Assembly: GCA_902793635.1 (NCBI GenBank)
Contig: CADBEA010000007.1
Coordinates: 3,018 to 67,017 of the forward strand
Length of the DNA stretch: 64,000 nucleotides
Direction: 5' to 3'
From: an uncultured Erysipelotrichaceae bacterium
Lineage (GTDB): Bacteria > Bacillota_I > Bacilli_A > Erysipelotrichales > Erysipelotrichaceae
In this document: positions 1 to 9,492 of the stretch, piece by piece
Layout: each line of letters begins with the position of its first letter
Position numbering within the stretch: position 1 is the stretch's first letter
Program-made: the position numbers and the translations under genes
Notes under the pieces: model-generated
What the model saw: only the letters and a program-made list of their open reading frames with translations
Told to the model about the DNA's origin: nothing
Database searches by the model: none

Positions 1-142
1 TGATGATGACGAGAATGATGGAAATCAGCAGCGGATTCATCAGACCGGAATTGAATTTCTTTTTGAGCAGGACGCCGATATAGTAACAGACAAGGCTGAG
101 GACAACGCCGAAGGTGGCTGAGCCGGCAATGAATTCATGCAT
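1..142 (-). CDS. lrgB: LrgB/CidB family membrane protein (N-terminal part; runs off the window)
   Basis: Own translation from ATG at 142: MHEFIAGSATFGVVLSLVCYYIGVLLKKKFNSGLMNPLLISIILVII; NPLLIS motif; directly follows cidA/lrgA. Confidence 0.85.
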   Translation of the reverse strand, partial: MHEFIAGSATFGVVLSLVCYYIGVLLKKKFNSGLMNPLLISIILVII

Positions 143-144
143 GA

Positions 145-504
145 TTACTGTTCCTCCTTTGAAGAAGAGCGGATGATCTTCTGGGCGGTGATGCCGGTGA
201 CAGCCATGACGATAAACGTTGAGACAACCGTCGTGACAAGAGCCGGAATCAGAATGGGCTGCAGTTCACTCCAGGAATTGATCAGACCGGCAGCGGCCGG
301 AATGAACATGACCGGCATGATGGCGATCAGAAACTGGGCGGCGCTTTTCACTTCTTCCAGCTTGATGACTTTCGTGATCAGCAGCACCAGCATCAGAACC
401 AGTCCGTAGATACTGCCGGGAATGGGCAGGGGAATGACAAAGCGGAAAAGCTCACCGATACAGGTGATCAACAGGATAATGCCAAACTCTTTCAGATATT
501 TCAT
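145..504 (-). CDS. lrgA: CidA/LrgA holin-like family protein
   Basis: MKYLKEFGIILL...PLPIPGSIYGLVLM...MPVMFIPAAAG; AAGGAG RBS upstream of ATG 504 (track ORF starts at 558). Confidence 0.9.
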   Translation of the reverse strand: MKYLKEFGIILLITCIGELFRFVIPLPIPGSIYGLVLMLVLLITKVIKLEEVKSAAQFLIAIMPVMFIPAAAGLINSWSELQPILIPALVTTVVSTFIVMAVTGITAQKIIRSSSKEEQ

Positions 505-719
505 AATAAGAAAACTCCTTGCTTTCATTCTATCGTAATTTGCCGGACACTGACGCATAAATCTTGTCTTTCATACGGGAATGTTCAGGAGAGAATGTCA
601 GTTTGCGGTATGGGACAGTTTTCGTTGGGAGGAAGAGAGAAAGACGGCGTGGTCTTTTTCTTTTTTTCACGGCCGGTGAATGATACAATTGAAACGCACG
701 CCGCAAGCGTTGGAGGTAT

Positions 720-1142
720 GTGATGACATTGATGGAAAAATCCTGCGGAGCTGTTGTCGTCAGACGCAGACAGGGAAAGGTCTACACACTGATGATCCGG
801 CAGAACCAGGGCCACTGGTGCTTCCCGAAAGGCCATGTTGAAGGCGAAGAAAACGAGTTTGAAACAGCTGAACGTGAAGTTCTCGAAGAGACCGGACTGA
901 AAGTCAGGTTCATCGACGGTTTCCGGGAAAGCGTCGTCTACAGTCCGCGTGACAATGTTATGAAGGAAGCCGTTTATTTCCTGGCTGAACCATGCGGCGG
1001 CAAAGAAAAGAAACAGGACGAGGAAATCAGTGAGATGCACTGGGCGGATATTCTTGAAGCCCTGGCGCTGATCACTTATGACAACGACGCGGTCCTTTTC
1101 CGCAAAGCCATGCGTTTTCTGAAAAACCAGGAGGATGAGTAA
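720..1142 (+). CDS. NUDIX hydrolase (Ap4A hydrolase-like)
   Basis: Nudix box GHVEGEENEFETAEREVLEETGL; GHWCFPKG. Confidence 0.9.
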   Translation: MMTLMEKSCGAVVVRRRQGKVYTLMIRQNQGHWCFPKGHVEGEENEFETAEREVLEETGLKVRFIDGFRESVVYSPRDNVMKEAVYFLAEPCGGKEKKQDEEISEMHWADILEALALITYDNDAVLFRKAMRFLKNQEDE

Positions 1143-1144
1143 CC

Positions 1145-2035
1145 GTGATCCGTCTGGAAAGATATCCGCAGGCCAGTTATCATCCGGATTTCGTTGATTC
1201 CCGCCGGCATGAGATTCCTTCCGAATTCTTTACCTATTACGGACAGAACAGCGAATCCTATATCCTGCTGGACGGCAGCGAACCGATTGGTCTCTGTGCT
1301 CATTGGGTACAGGAGGACCGGGTTCATTTCCGTTTCTGGTTTGTCAGTGAAACAAGTGATGACAACAAGCGGGAAGCCATCTCGATGTATACCGAGAAAG
1401 CGATCAAAACGTATCATCCCGAGCGGATGCTGGTGCATGGCTCAAGAGCGGATGCGCGGATCTACAACGGCTGCCGTTTTTTCCAGAAGGGCAGACTGTA
1501 TCAGAAGATCATTGAACCGTGGCGCTACCAGGTTCCCGATGCGGCATTCGACAAAGAAGGCTATATTATCAACCAGGGTCTTCTGAAAGCTTTGCCGTTT
1601 GGCTGGTTCGATTCGATGGCCAAGGGCTGCGGCTGGATCGCCGCCTACAATCTGCTCAAGATGAACGGCAATGAATGCACGATGCAGGAATGTGCCGAAT
1701 CACTGGGCAGAAGAACATTGCTCGGCGGTCTGATGGGACAGGAATCATTAATGCTGCTGCTGTGGCTGCGAACCAAGAAGCTGAACGCGAAAATGACAGT
1801 GCCGTCCAATCGCGCGGCTATGAAAGCCATGCAGGAAGCGGATAACGGCATTCTGCTGTATACCCATGCGCACGGTGCCCACTATACGGCCTTCCGGCGT
1901 CTGAAAAGCGGAGAGCTGTGGTTCTACAATGCGGTATACGGCCGGGCCGGTCATATTGATACACCGCAGGGCTTCCTGAAGAAGTACGCGCTGTTTCCGT
2001 TTTCCTCAGTTATCTATGTGAAGAAAGAAATATGA
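1145..2035 (+). CDS. Hypothetical two-domain protein: GNAT-like N-terminus plus C39/papain-like peptidase C-terminus
   Basis: INQG...GCGWIAAYN, HGAHYTA, WFYNA (Gln/Cys/His/Asn set); N-half with GNAT-like beta/alpha pattern ending ARIYNGCRF. Confidence 0.55.
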   Translation: MIRLERYPQASYHPDFVDSRRHEIPSEFFTYYGQNSESYILLDGSEPIGLCAHWVQEDRVHFRFWFVSETSDDNKREAISMYTEKAIKTYHPERMLVHGSRADARIYNGCRFFQKGRLYQKIIEPWRYQVPDAAFDKEGYIINQGLLKALPFGWFDSMAKGCGWIAAYNLLKMNGNECTMQECAESLGRRTLLGGLMGQESLMLLLWLRTKKLNAKMTVPSNRAAMKAMQEADNGILLYTHAHGAHYTAFRRLKSGELWFYNAVYGRAGHIDTPQGFLKKYALFPFSSVIYVKKEI

Positions 2036-2307
2036 TCAACAGAACTGTCAGTTTAAATGAAATACGCTTTATCGAAAAAGATCCCGGTCTTCTGACCGAC
2101 AGCATCAGGCAGCGCGGCATTGCCATTCCCGTGCAGGTGAATGCGGACGATGAAGGCTATGTCTGCGTCGACGGTCATAAACGTCTGAGCGCCAGTAAGA
2201 TCCTGGCGGCGGAAGATGAACGTTTCGGGATAATTCCGATTATGATCCTCAATGATTATTCCAAGGCGGGCAGCGCCTTTTGGGGAAATACACAGAACCA
2301 CCACTGA
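2032..2307 (+). CDS. Small ParB/sulfiredoxin-like domain protein
   Basis: LTDSIRQRGIAIPVQV...YVCVDGHKRLSA matches ParB N-terminal domain; ATGA overlap with upstream gene. Confidence 0.75.
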   Translation: MINRTVSLNEIRFIEKDPGLLTDSIRQRGIAIPVQVNADDEGYVCVDGHKRLSASKILAAEDERFGIIPIMILNDYSKAGSAFWGNTQNHH

Positions 2308-2316
2308 GAGGTAGAT

Positions 2317-3063
2317 ATGGAACGACTTCAGAAAGTAATCGCAAAAGCAGGAATCGCCTCCCGCCGCAAAGCCGAGGAACTGATCCGTACGGGTCATGTC
2401 AAAGTGAACGGTGAGACTGTTACCGAGATGGGTGTTCAGGTCGGACCGCATGACACGGTCAGCGTTGACGGCAAAGAACTCCGCAGTGAGGAGAAGGTAT
2501 ATTTTCTGCTGAACAAACCGAAGAAAACGATATGTTCTCTGAAGGACGAGAAGGACCGTCAGACGGTACTTTCCTGTTTCCCGGATGTCAGTGAGCGTAT
2601 TTTTCCGATCGGCCGTCTGGACTATGAAACGACCGGTATTCTTCTGTTTACCAATGACGGCACTTTCGCCAATCAGATGATGCATCCGAAGTATCATCTG
2701 CCCAAGACGTATGAAGTCGCCGTTGATGGTGTGATCACCGACAATATGGCGATAATGCTGAGCCGCGGCATCATGCTGGAGGGAAAGAAAACACTGCCGG
2801 CCGATGTCGAGATCCTGCAGCGTTCGGAAAAGAAAAACAAAACCGTCCTCCATATTACGATCTATGAAGGACGGAACCGTGAAATCAGAAAGATGATGGA
2901 GTACTTCAACTGCGATGTGACAAGACTCTGCCGCATCGGCTATGGCTTTCTGACGCTGGGCAGTCTGCGACAGGGCCAGTACCGGCGGCTGCGGCCGTAT
3001 GAAGTGCGAAAGCTGATCGCCATGAGTGAAAATCAGAACGAAATGCCAAGTGAGGAAATCTGA
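2317..3063 (+). CDS. rluB: rRNA pseudouridine synthase (RluB/RsuA family)
   Basis: MERLQKVIAKAGIASRRKAEELI (S4 domain), PIGRLDYETTG, EGRNREIRKM. Confidence 0.93.
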   Translation: MERLQKVIAKAGIASRRKAEELIRTGHVKVNGETVTEMGVQVGPHDTVSVDGKELRSEEKVYFLLNKPKKTICSLKDEKDRQTVLSCFPDVSERIFPIGRLDYETTGILLFTNDGTFANQMMHPKYHLPKTYEVAVDGVITDNMAIMLSRGIMLEGKKTLPADVEILQRSEKKNKTVLHITIYEGRNREIRKMMEYFNCDVTRLCRIGYGFLTLGSLRQGQYRRLRPYEVRKLIAMSENQNEMPSEEI

Positions 3064-4682
3064 TCGTCATCGGGATCGATGTAGATCATCTTGTAGGCAC
3101 CAAGCTGTACCGTACCCGGTTTTGCGCCGGGTATTTTTTTCAGATTGCGCTGTGGGCAGTAGACGATCGGAACGCTGGAGGAATGGCGGCCTTTGGAAAA
3201 GAAGGCGGCGATGTTGGCGGCGGTGCGCAGCGCGGTCTCATCTGGATCTTCGGTATGAATGACGACATGGGCGCCATGGTAGTCCTTGGCATGGAGCCAG
3301 GTCTCGTTGCGTCTGGCGATATGCCAGGTCAGTTCGTCATTCTGATAATTGTTGCGGCCAAAGGAGATACGGACGCCTTCCGGTGTCGTGATCTCGGTGA
3401 CGGAGGCTTTGCTTTCCTTTTTCCGGCGGCCGGCCTTTTTCTTTTTCTGGTTGTTCTTCAGATAGCCGAGGCGGATCAGCTCTTCCTGTATTTCGATAGC
3501 CGTGTCATAGTCAGCCAGATCCAGCTGTTCAATCAGGCCTTCGAAGTAACTGATTTCTTCTTCCGTGATCCTGATCTGTTCCTGAAGATAGGTCTGACCT
3601 TTTTTCAGTTTGTTGTAGCGTTGGTAGGCACGGCGGGCATTGCCTTTGCCGTCCAGGCGTGGATCAAGCGGAACTTCAATATCCTTGTCAGTTTCATAGT
3701 CCGTCAGAGTGATCGAACTTCTGCCTTTTGTGTCATTGACCTGCCAGGTAAACAGCAGATCGCCGTACTTCTTCCATTTCTCGCAGTCTCTGGCTTCGTC
3801 AAGTTCACTGATCAGACGCGGTAGTTTCTGTTTCTGATGTTTCAGCTGGCGGCTGACGAAATGATTGATATCACCGCTGACCTGACGGATGCGCTCTTTT
3901 TCTTCCCGGCGGAAGTAGAGGATGTCAAAACCTTCAAACAGCGGATAGCAGACATTGTGACCACAGCTCTTCAGCGGCAGACAGTGGAAGACCGGCTCCT
4001 GCTTTTCAGCTGCGATATACAAAGATTCTGATTCTTCGATTTCCTTCATAATGTCCGCGAAGGTTTCACCATGACTCATCCGGTATTCGATTTCCTTGGA
4101 AAGGAAGGGTGAGAAACCGGAAAACTGGGCGGTCAGAGTCTTCTCCGGATCGATCGTGTGATCGGTGAACGGATTCTTTTTATTCTGGGAAGGTGTGAGC
4201 GGGTAAACAGCGCCGGGATGAATGGTACGGCGGCTGTTTTCAAATGGCGGGATACGTTTGAGGGCGTCGATAATACGGTTGTCACTGTTGACCAGAACGA
4301 CGTTGGCATACTTACCCATCAGTTCAATGTAGAGATACAGCATTTCCTCGTCACCGAGATTGTTGCGCCGCAGAATATCCATCCGGCACCAGCGGTCAAG
4401 TTCCGCCTGTTCGATTGCGGTAATCATACCGCCCTCGATATACTTGCGCAGCACCATGACAAAATTACCAGGCTGATAGGGGACCGGATAGGAACGGCTG
4501 GTGAACAGCAGCCGGTTGTATACGGAGTGACAGGAGATCAGCAGCTGTTTTTTGCCGGCGGTGCCGTGTGTCTGAAAAAGCAGTTCGGTGCCGGAAACAT
4601 CCTGGATTTTCTGGATCCGCAATGGCAGAGCCGACCGGATCTGCGGTATGATTTTACTGAGAAGAATGCCGTCAAGAGCCAT
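3033..4682 (-). CDS. rqcH: RqcH/FbpA (NFACT family) ribosome quality-control protein
   Basis: MALDGILL, IELMGKYANVVL, GRNNYQND, WLHAKDYHGAHVVI, AAFFSKG. Confidence 0.92.
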   Translation of the reverse strand: MALDGILLSKIIPQIRSALPLRIQKIQDVSGTELLFQTHGTAGKKQLLISCHSVYNRLLFTSRSYPVPYQPGNFVMVLRKYIEGGMITAIEQAELDRWCRMDILRRNNLGDEEMLYLYIELMGKYANVVLVNSDNRIIDALKRIPPFENSRRTIHPGAVYPLTPSQNKKNPFTDHTIDPEKTLTAQFSGFSPFLSKEIEYRMSHGETFADIMKEIEESESLYIAAEKQEPVFHCLPLKSCGHNVCYPLFEGFDILYFRREEKERIRQVSGDINHFVSRQLKHQKQKLPRLISELDEARDCEKWKKYGDLLFTWQVNDTKGRSSITLTDYETDKDIEVPLDPRLDGKGNARRAYQRYNKLKKGQTYLQEQIRITEEEISYFEGLIEQLDLADYDTAIEIQEELIRLGYLKNNQKKKKAGRRKKESKASVTEITTPEGVRISFGRNNYQNDELTWHIARRNETWLHAKDYHGAHVVIHTEDPDETALRTAANIAAFFSKGRHSSSVPIVYCPQRNLKKIPGAKPGTVQLGAYKMIYIDPDDDQISSLGISF

Positions 4683-4716
4683 ATGTGTACCTCGTCAGTA
4701 AAACATTATAACACCA

Positions 4717-4745
4717 TTGACTCAGACCAACGGTATGTCTATCAT
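4717..4745 (+). promoter_or_regulatory. sigmaA-type promoter of gmk
   Basis: TTGACT-17 nt-TATCAT. Confidence 0.7.
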
Positions 4746-4764
4746 TTACTAAAGAGGGTAGAAA

Positions 4765-5337
4765 ATGAAAAAAGGGTTATTGATCGTTGTAAGCGGACCT
4801 TCCGGGGTCGGCAAGGGGACAATTCTGAAGAAACTCATGGAAGACGATGAGCTGAAACTGGCTTATTCCGTTTCCATGACAACAAGAGAAAAGCGCCCGG
4901 GAGAAGAGGAAGGCGTCAATTACTACTACGTCAGCAAGGAGCAGTTCGAGAAGGCAATTGAGAACGGCGAAATGCTGGAACACGCAGAATTTGTCGGCAA
5001 CTTCTACGGGACGCCGCTGAAGGAAGTCGAACGTCTGCGCAAAGAAGGCCGCAATGTCGTTCTGGAAATCGAAGTGCAGGGCTGCCGTCAGGTACAGGAA
5101 AAAGTCAAGGACGCCCTGACAATCTTCATTGTCCCGCCGAACATGGAGGAACTGGAAAGAAGGATCCGCGGCCGCAAGACCGAGCCGGAGGAAATCATCC
5201 AGCAGCGTCTGGCCAAAGCTGCTACCGAAATGGAAAGCATCGGCCAGTATAAGTATGTTGTATGCAATGATGATGTCGATCTGGCAGCGGACATTATGCG
5301 CGTCATTATCAAACATTACATGAACAGGGAAGACTGA
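4765..5337 (+). CDS. gmk: Guanylate kinase
   Basis: SGPSGVGKGT P-loop, SMTTREKRPGEEEGVNYYYVS, GNFYGTP. Confidence 0.97.
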   Translation: MKKGLLIVVSGPSGVGKGTILKKLMEDDELKLAYSVSMTTREKRPGEEEGVNYYYVSKEQFEKAIENGEMLEHAEFVGNFYGTPLKEVERLRKEGRNVVLEIEVQGCRQVQEKVKDALTIFIVPPNMEELERRIRGRKTEPEEIIQQRLAKAATEMESIGQYKYVVCNDDVDLAADIMRVIIKHYMNRED

Positions 5338-5396
5338 TCTGAACCTGTCGGAAGGTATCTGTAACGGAAAAAGACAACTGACAGATCGACGATGCC

Positions 5397-5660
5397 TTGA
5401 TGGCAGCAATTTCCGGGGGGGGAACTACCGAGGAGACGGAGGAAATCGTCAATTATCTGATCGAACACGATCCGGAATTCACTGCGATGATGGCTGACGA
5501 CTACTATCTCGCAATATACCTGAGACTCAGACACCATGTTCCGGAAATGACCACTTTCTTTCTTAGACTCAGAGATCCGAACGGATATATTACCGACGGT
5601 GGATCTAAACTGGTCAGCCACGAATACATCATGGATCAGCTCAGAAAGAAACTTGGATAA
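5397..5660 (+). CDS. Small hypothetical protein, possibly 5'-damaged (see findings)
   Basis: 87-aa ORF followed by a terminator; upstream in-frame TGA and RBS-linked ACG. Confidence 0.45.
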   Translation: MMAAISGGGTTEETEEIVNYLIEHDPEFTAMMADDYYLAIYLRLRHHVPEMTTFFLRLRDPNGYITDGGSKLVSHEYIMDQLRKKLG

Positions 5661-5663
5661 GGA

Positions 5664-5742
5664 AGATGGCAGCAAAATGCCGTCTTTTTTCTTTTCCTGT
5701 GCTCGCGTGAAATGAAAAAGGACCGTCCTTTGACGGTCCCTG
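5664..5742. terminator. Pair of hairpin terminators between convergent genes
   Basis: AGATGGCA-GCAAAA-TGCCGTCT-TTTT (+) and AAAAAGGACCGTC-CTTT-GACGGTCC (-). Confidence 0.75.
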
Positions 5743-5753
5743 TATGAAGCAGA

Positions 5754-6356
5754 TTAACGGTTGTAGTATTCAACGATCAGAGCTTCATTGATTTCCTGAT
5801 TGAGTTCGCTTCTTTCAGGAAGACGTACATATGTACCTTTTTTGTTTTCCTTGTCAACTTCGACGAATGCCGGTGTGGAAATGGTTGCTTCCAGAGCATC
5901 GTTGACGACTGCCAGGTTGCGGTCTCTTTCTCTCAGAGCGATGACGCTGCCCGGTTTGATTTCAGCGGAAGGAATGTCTACCTTCTTGCCGTTGACTTCG
6001 ATGTGTCCGTGGTTGACAAGCTGTCTTGCTGCAGCACGTGTTCTGGCAAAGCCCATACGGTATACGAGGTTGTCCAGTCTGCTTTCCAGCAGTACCAGGA
6101 AGTTGACACCTGCCATACCATCCAGTTTGGATGCCTTGCGGAACAGATTTGCGAACTGGCGTTCGTTCAGTCCGTACATGTTGCGGACTCTCTGCTTTTC
6201 ACGCAGCTGAGTGCCGTAACCGGAGAGCTTGACTCTCTTTGTCGGGCCGTGCTGACCCGGCGCATAAGTTCTTTTCTTGAGTTCTTCACCTGTTTCCAGA
6301 ACGGAGAAGCTCAGACGTCTGGCTTTTTTCCAGACAGGTCCTGTGTAACGTGCCAT
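5754..6356 (-). CDS. rpsD: 30S ribosomal protein S4
   Basis: MARYTGP...APGQHG...[15 protein letters not shown]...[10 protein letters not shown]...LIVEYYNR; start at 6356 after GGAGG. Confidence 0.98.
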   Translation of the reverse strand: MARYTGPVWKKARRLSFSVLETGEELKKRTYAPGQHGPTKRVKLSGYGTQLREKQRVRNMYGLNERQFANLFRKASKLDGMAGVNFLVLLESRLDNLVYRMGFARTRAAARQLVNHGHIEVNGKKVDIPSAEIKPGSVIALRERDRNLAVVNDALEATISTPAFVEVDKENKKGTYVRLPERSELNQEINEALIVEYYNR

Positions 6357-6374
6357 GTTTTGTTTCCTCCTAAT

Positions 6375-6500
6375 ATATAATGGCTGAAAACAATAACAGG
6401 TACAGATCACCGATAAGGGGTGTTGCCGTTAACCTTTTCACCTTATGCAGCAGGTTACTGAGGTACAGCCGCTTGTGCCGGCAACGCCGTGGATATCAGC
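6375..6500 (-). promoter_or_regulatory. Probable S4 autoregulatory leader RNA
   Basis: Long untranslated leader containing GTAAC-CTGCTGC and paired segments, as in Firmicute rpsD leaders; boundaries approximate. Confidence 0.5.
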
Positions 6501-6644
6501 TCTGTATGCTGCCATCATTTAACGCGATGAAAATTGTACCATTTCCGCTCTGGCGCGTCAATGAAAAGGTGAGTGGATTTCTTTTTCAGTAAGATATGTT
6601 TCTGTGGTAGAATATCATGGATAAGTGAAAGGGGTCTGCGAGAT

Positions 6645-8375
6645 ATGAACGCTTTTTTAAATTTTATCGGTGATACCAAGACAATTATCGCAATTGCTGT
6701 GATCATAGCTGCCCTTGTGATCTGGCTCATTATAAACAGAGTTTCCACAAAACGACTTACCAAAGAACTTGCTGATCAGGAGAATCATTACCGGATGATT
6801 AAGAACATTCCGCTTTCTCTGAAGATGAACAAGGCAGTGGCTATCAGCCGGGTGGATCTGGATACAGCCGACAAGGTCAATGACGCACAGGTGATATTTG
6901 ACAGGGTACAGGCCGATCTTTCACGGATCTCCGCGTCGCTTTCCGATGCTGAGAATCATATCGCTGACGGCAAACTGAAATCAGCCCATGAACTGCTTTC
7001 CTCCATGGACCGTGAAATGCGTGTCGTGGAATCGGAAGCCAAGGGACTTGAAACCAGACTGGACGGCATCCTCGCCAAGGAAACAGCCCAGCGCCAGCAG
7101 GTTACGAATATGAAGAACCGTTTCCGTGCCCTTAAGGCACAGGCCCAGGAAAACGCGACCCGTCTGTCCTTCGCCTGGCCGATGGTGGAACAGAAAGTTT
7201 CCGATACCGAGAAGATGTTCTCAACATTTGAAGAATGGATGTTCTCCAACGACTTTGACAAAGCCAATACTGAACTGGAGAGCATTTCCCGCAGCATTGC
7301 CGATCTGGAAGAACTTCTTGATACAATGCCGGGTCTGATCGAAGATGCCCGCGGTGTCATTCCGAAGATGGCCGAACAGCTTCATCACGATTATGCCAAG
7401 GCCCGCAAGAACGGTGTCTATCTGAAGCATCTGGAGATCGAAAAGAACCTGACCGTCATGACGGCGGCTCTGAAAGAGGATCTGCGCAAACTGAAGAGCG
7501 GCAGTACCGAAGGTGTCCGCGAACATCTGGAAGACTACAAGACACGTATCAACCAGATGACCCGTTCCGTCAAGAAGGAAACAAAAGCCTGCTATGATGT
7601 CGGTGTCCTCGCCAAGGAAACAGAAGACCTGGCTGCCGAAGTTCAGAAGAATGCTGACTTCGTCAATTCCGTATATGAAAAGAGCTCTGAACGTTTCGGT
7701 CTCGGTTCGCTGGAAAGTGAACTGAAGGAACTCAACCTCGAGCTTGAACGTCTGAACGGACAGCTGCCGGAACTGCTTGAGAATGTCACAAGCTATCAGA
7801 TGCCGGCGACTCAGCTGGCTGCCTCGCTGCGTCTGCTGAATACCGACTTCACCAACTGCAACCGTTCCGTCAAGGAAATCAGAAACCGCATTGAAGTTGC
7901 CAGCGGTGATGAAGACAGAGCGAGAAAGCAGCTGATCAAACTGCAGATCATCATGAATCAGATGCAGGTCAAGATCAGAAAATACAAGCTTCCGAATATT
8001 TCCGAGACATATGATGAGGATATGAACAAGGCCGGTGACTACATCCACCGTCTGGAAAATCTGATCAACGAATCGCCGCTGAACATCCAGCTGCTGAATT
8101 CGACACTGCAGGAAGCACTGAACTTCATCTATCAGCTTTACAACAACGTCAACAACGTTGTCGGTACCGTTGTCATGGTCGAGAACACGATCGTCTTCGG
8201 CAACCGTTACCGTTCGACATATGCCGATATCGATTCCGAGCTGACCCGTTCCGAACTGAGTTTCCGCAACGGTGAATACACCCAGGCTCTGACAACGGCG
8301 ATTGCCACGATCGAAAAGATCCATCCGGGCAATTATGAATCGATGATCAAGGAGAATGCGAAGAGTGCCGCGTAG
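6645..8375 (+). CDS. ezrA: Septation ring formation regulator EzrA
   Basis: N-terminal TM helix, long coiled coil, C-terminal IVFGNRYRS...SFRNGEY; rpsD-ezrA-iscS-thiI synteny. Confidence 0.88.
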   Translation: MNAFLNFIGDTKTIIAIAVIIAALVIWLIINRVSTKRLTKELADQENHYRMIKNIPLSLKMNKAVAISRVDLDTADKVNDAQVIFDRVQADLSRISASLSDAENHIADGKLKSAHELLSSMDREMRVVESEAKGLETRLDGILAKETAQRQQVTNMKNRFRALKAQAQENATRLSFAWPMVEQKVSDTEKMFSTFEEWMFSNDFDKANTELESISRSIADLEELLDTMPGLIEDARGVIPKMAEQLHHDYAKARKNGVYLKHLEIEKNLTVMTAALKEDLRKLKSGSTEGVREHLEDYKTRINQMTRSVKKETKACYDVGVLAKETEDLAAEVQKNADFVNSVYEKSSERFGLGSLESELKELNLELERLNGQLPELLENVTSYQMPATQLAASLRLLNTDFTNCNRSVKEIRNRIEVASGDEDRARKQLIKLQIIMNQMQVKIRKYKLPNISETYDEDMNKAGDYIHRLENLINESPLNIQLLNSTLQEALNFIYQLYNNVNNVVGTVVMVENTIVFGNRYRSTYADIDSELTRSELSFRNGEYTQALTTAIATIEKIHPGNYESMIKENAKSAA

Positions 8376-9492
8376 GATTTATTTTGACAATGCCAGCACC
8401 ACGAATATTCATCCGGAAGTTTTGAAAACCTATGAGGAGCTGCTGGAAAGATTCTATGTCAACAGTGAGTCACTGTATGACGAAGGCAGTGAAATCAGCC
8501 GCATGATGGAAAAGGCCCGGGGAGCGATTGCCGGGCTTTTGGGTGTAAACATGCAGGATATCATTTTCACCTCCGGATCTTCCGAATCGAATACCGCTGC
8601 CATCAAAGGCGTCTGTTTTGCCGGCAGCCGGAAACATATTCTGACGACATCAATCGAGCATTCCTCGATCATGAACTGCTGTGCCCAGATGCATGATGTC
8701 TTCGGTTATGACGTGACATATCTGCCGGTCGACGCAAGCGGTTCGGTGAAGCTGGAAGACGTGAAGAAAGCATTGCGTGAAGACACTGCCATCGTTTCGG
8801 TGATGGCTGTCAACAACGAGACCGGCGCGACCAATCCAATCGAGGAAATCGCCGCCTATGTCAAGAAACATTCCCATGCCTATATGCATACCGATCTGAC
8901 TCAGGCCATCGGCAAGGTCAATATCGATCTGAAGGATGTCGATCTTGCGTCCGTTTCCGCCCATAAGCTGGAAGGACTGAAGGGAAGCGGCATACTCATC
9001 CGCCGCCAGCATGTTCCGTTCGTGCCGCTGATCAACGGCGGTGAACAGGAAGAAGGTCTTAGGGGCGGTACATCCAATGCCTGCGTCAATATGATCTTCG
9101 CCAAGACATTAAGACTGGCTCTTGAAAACGGCAAGCGCTCACACGCCTATGTTGAAAGCCTGGGCCAGAGACTGCGGGAAGGTCTTCTGAAGATCAAAGG
9201 AATTGAAATCAATTCACCGGATAACGTAGCCTGCGGATTCATCAATTTCTCATATGAGAACATTCCCAGCGAAGTCATGCAGAATGCATTGAACCGGCAG
9301 GGATTCCAGGTCAGTGCCCGCAGCACCTGCGCTTCCCGTTCCAACGATCCCAGCTACGTGCTGAAGGCAATGGGCTTCAGCGACCGCCGGGCTTCCTCAT
9401 GTATCCGCGTCTCGCTGGCAAGACAGAACACGGAAGAGGAAGTGGATCTGTTCCTCAAAGTTCTGAAGGAGATTACCGAACAGTATGGCTAA
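8356..9492 (+). CDS. Cysteine desulfurase (IscS/NifS-like)
   Basis: YFDNASTT, FTSGSSESN, SAHKLEGLKG, SARSTCAS (catalytic Cys), IRVSL. Confidence 0.93.
   Translation: MRRVPRRIYFDNASTTNIHPEVLKTYEELLERFYVNSESLYDEGSEISRMMEKARGAIAGLLGVNMQDIIFTSGSSESNTAAIKGVCFAGSRKHILTTSIEHSSIMNCCAQMHDVFGYDVTYLPVDASGSVKLEDVKKALREDTAIVSVMAVNNETGATNPIEEIAAYVKKHSHAYMHTDLTQAIGKVNIDLKDVDLASVSAHKLEGLKGSGILIRRQHVPFVPLINGGEQEEGLRGGTSNACVNMIFAKTLRLALENGKRSHAYVESLGQRLREGLLKIKGIEINSPDNVACGFINFSYENIPSEVMQNALNRQGFQVSARSTCASRSNDPSYVLKAMGFSDRRASSCIRVSLARQNTEEEVDLFLKVLKEITEQYG

Noticed and set aside
3033-3063. Convergent 31-nt overlap of rluB and rqcH 3' ends
   Set aside because: Short convergent overlaps are common in compact genomes; both proteins look complete
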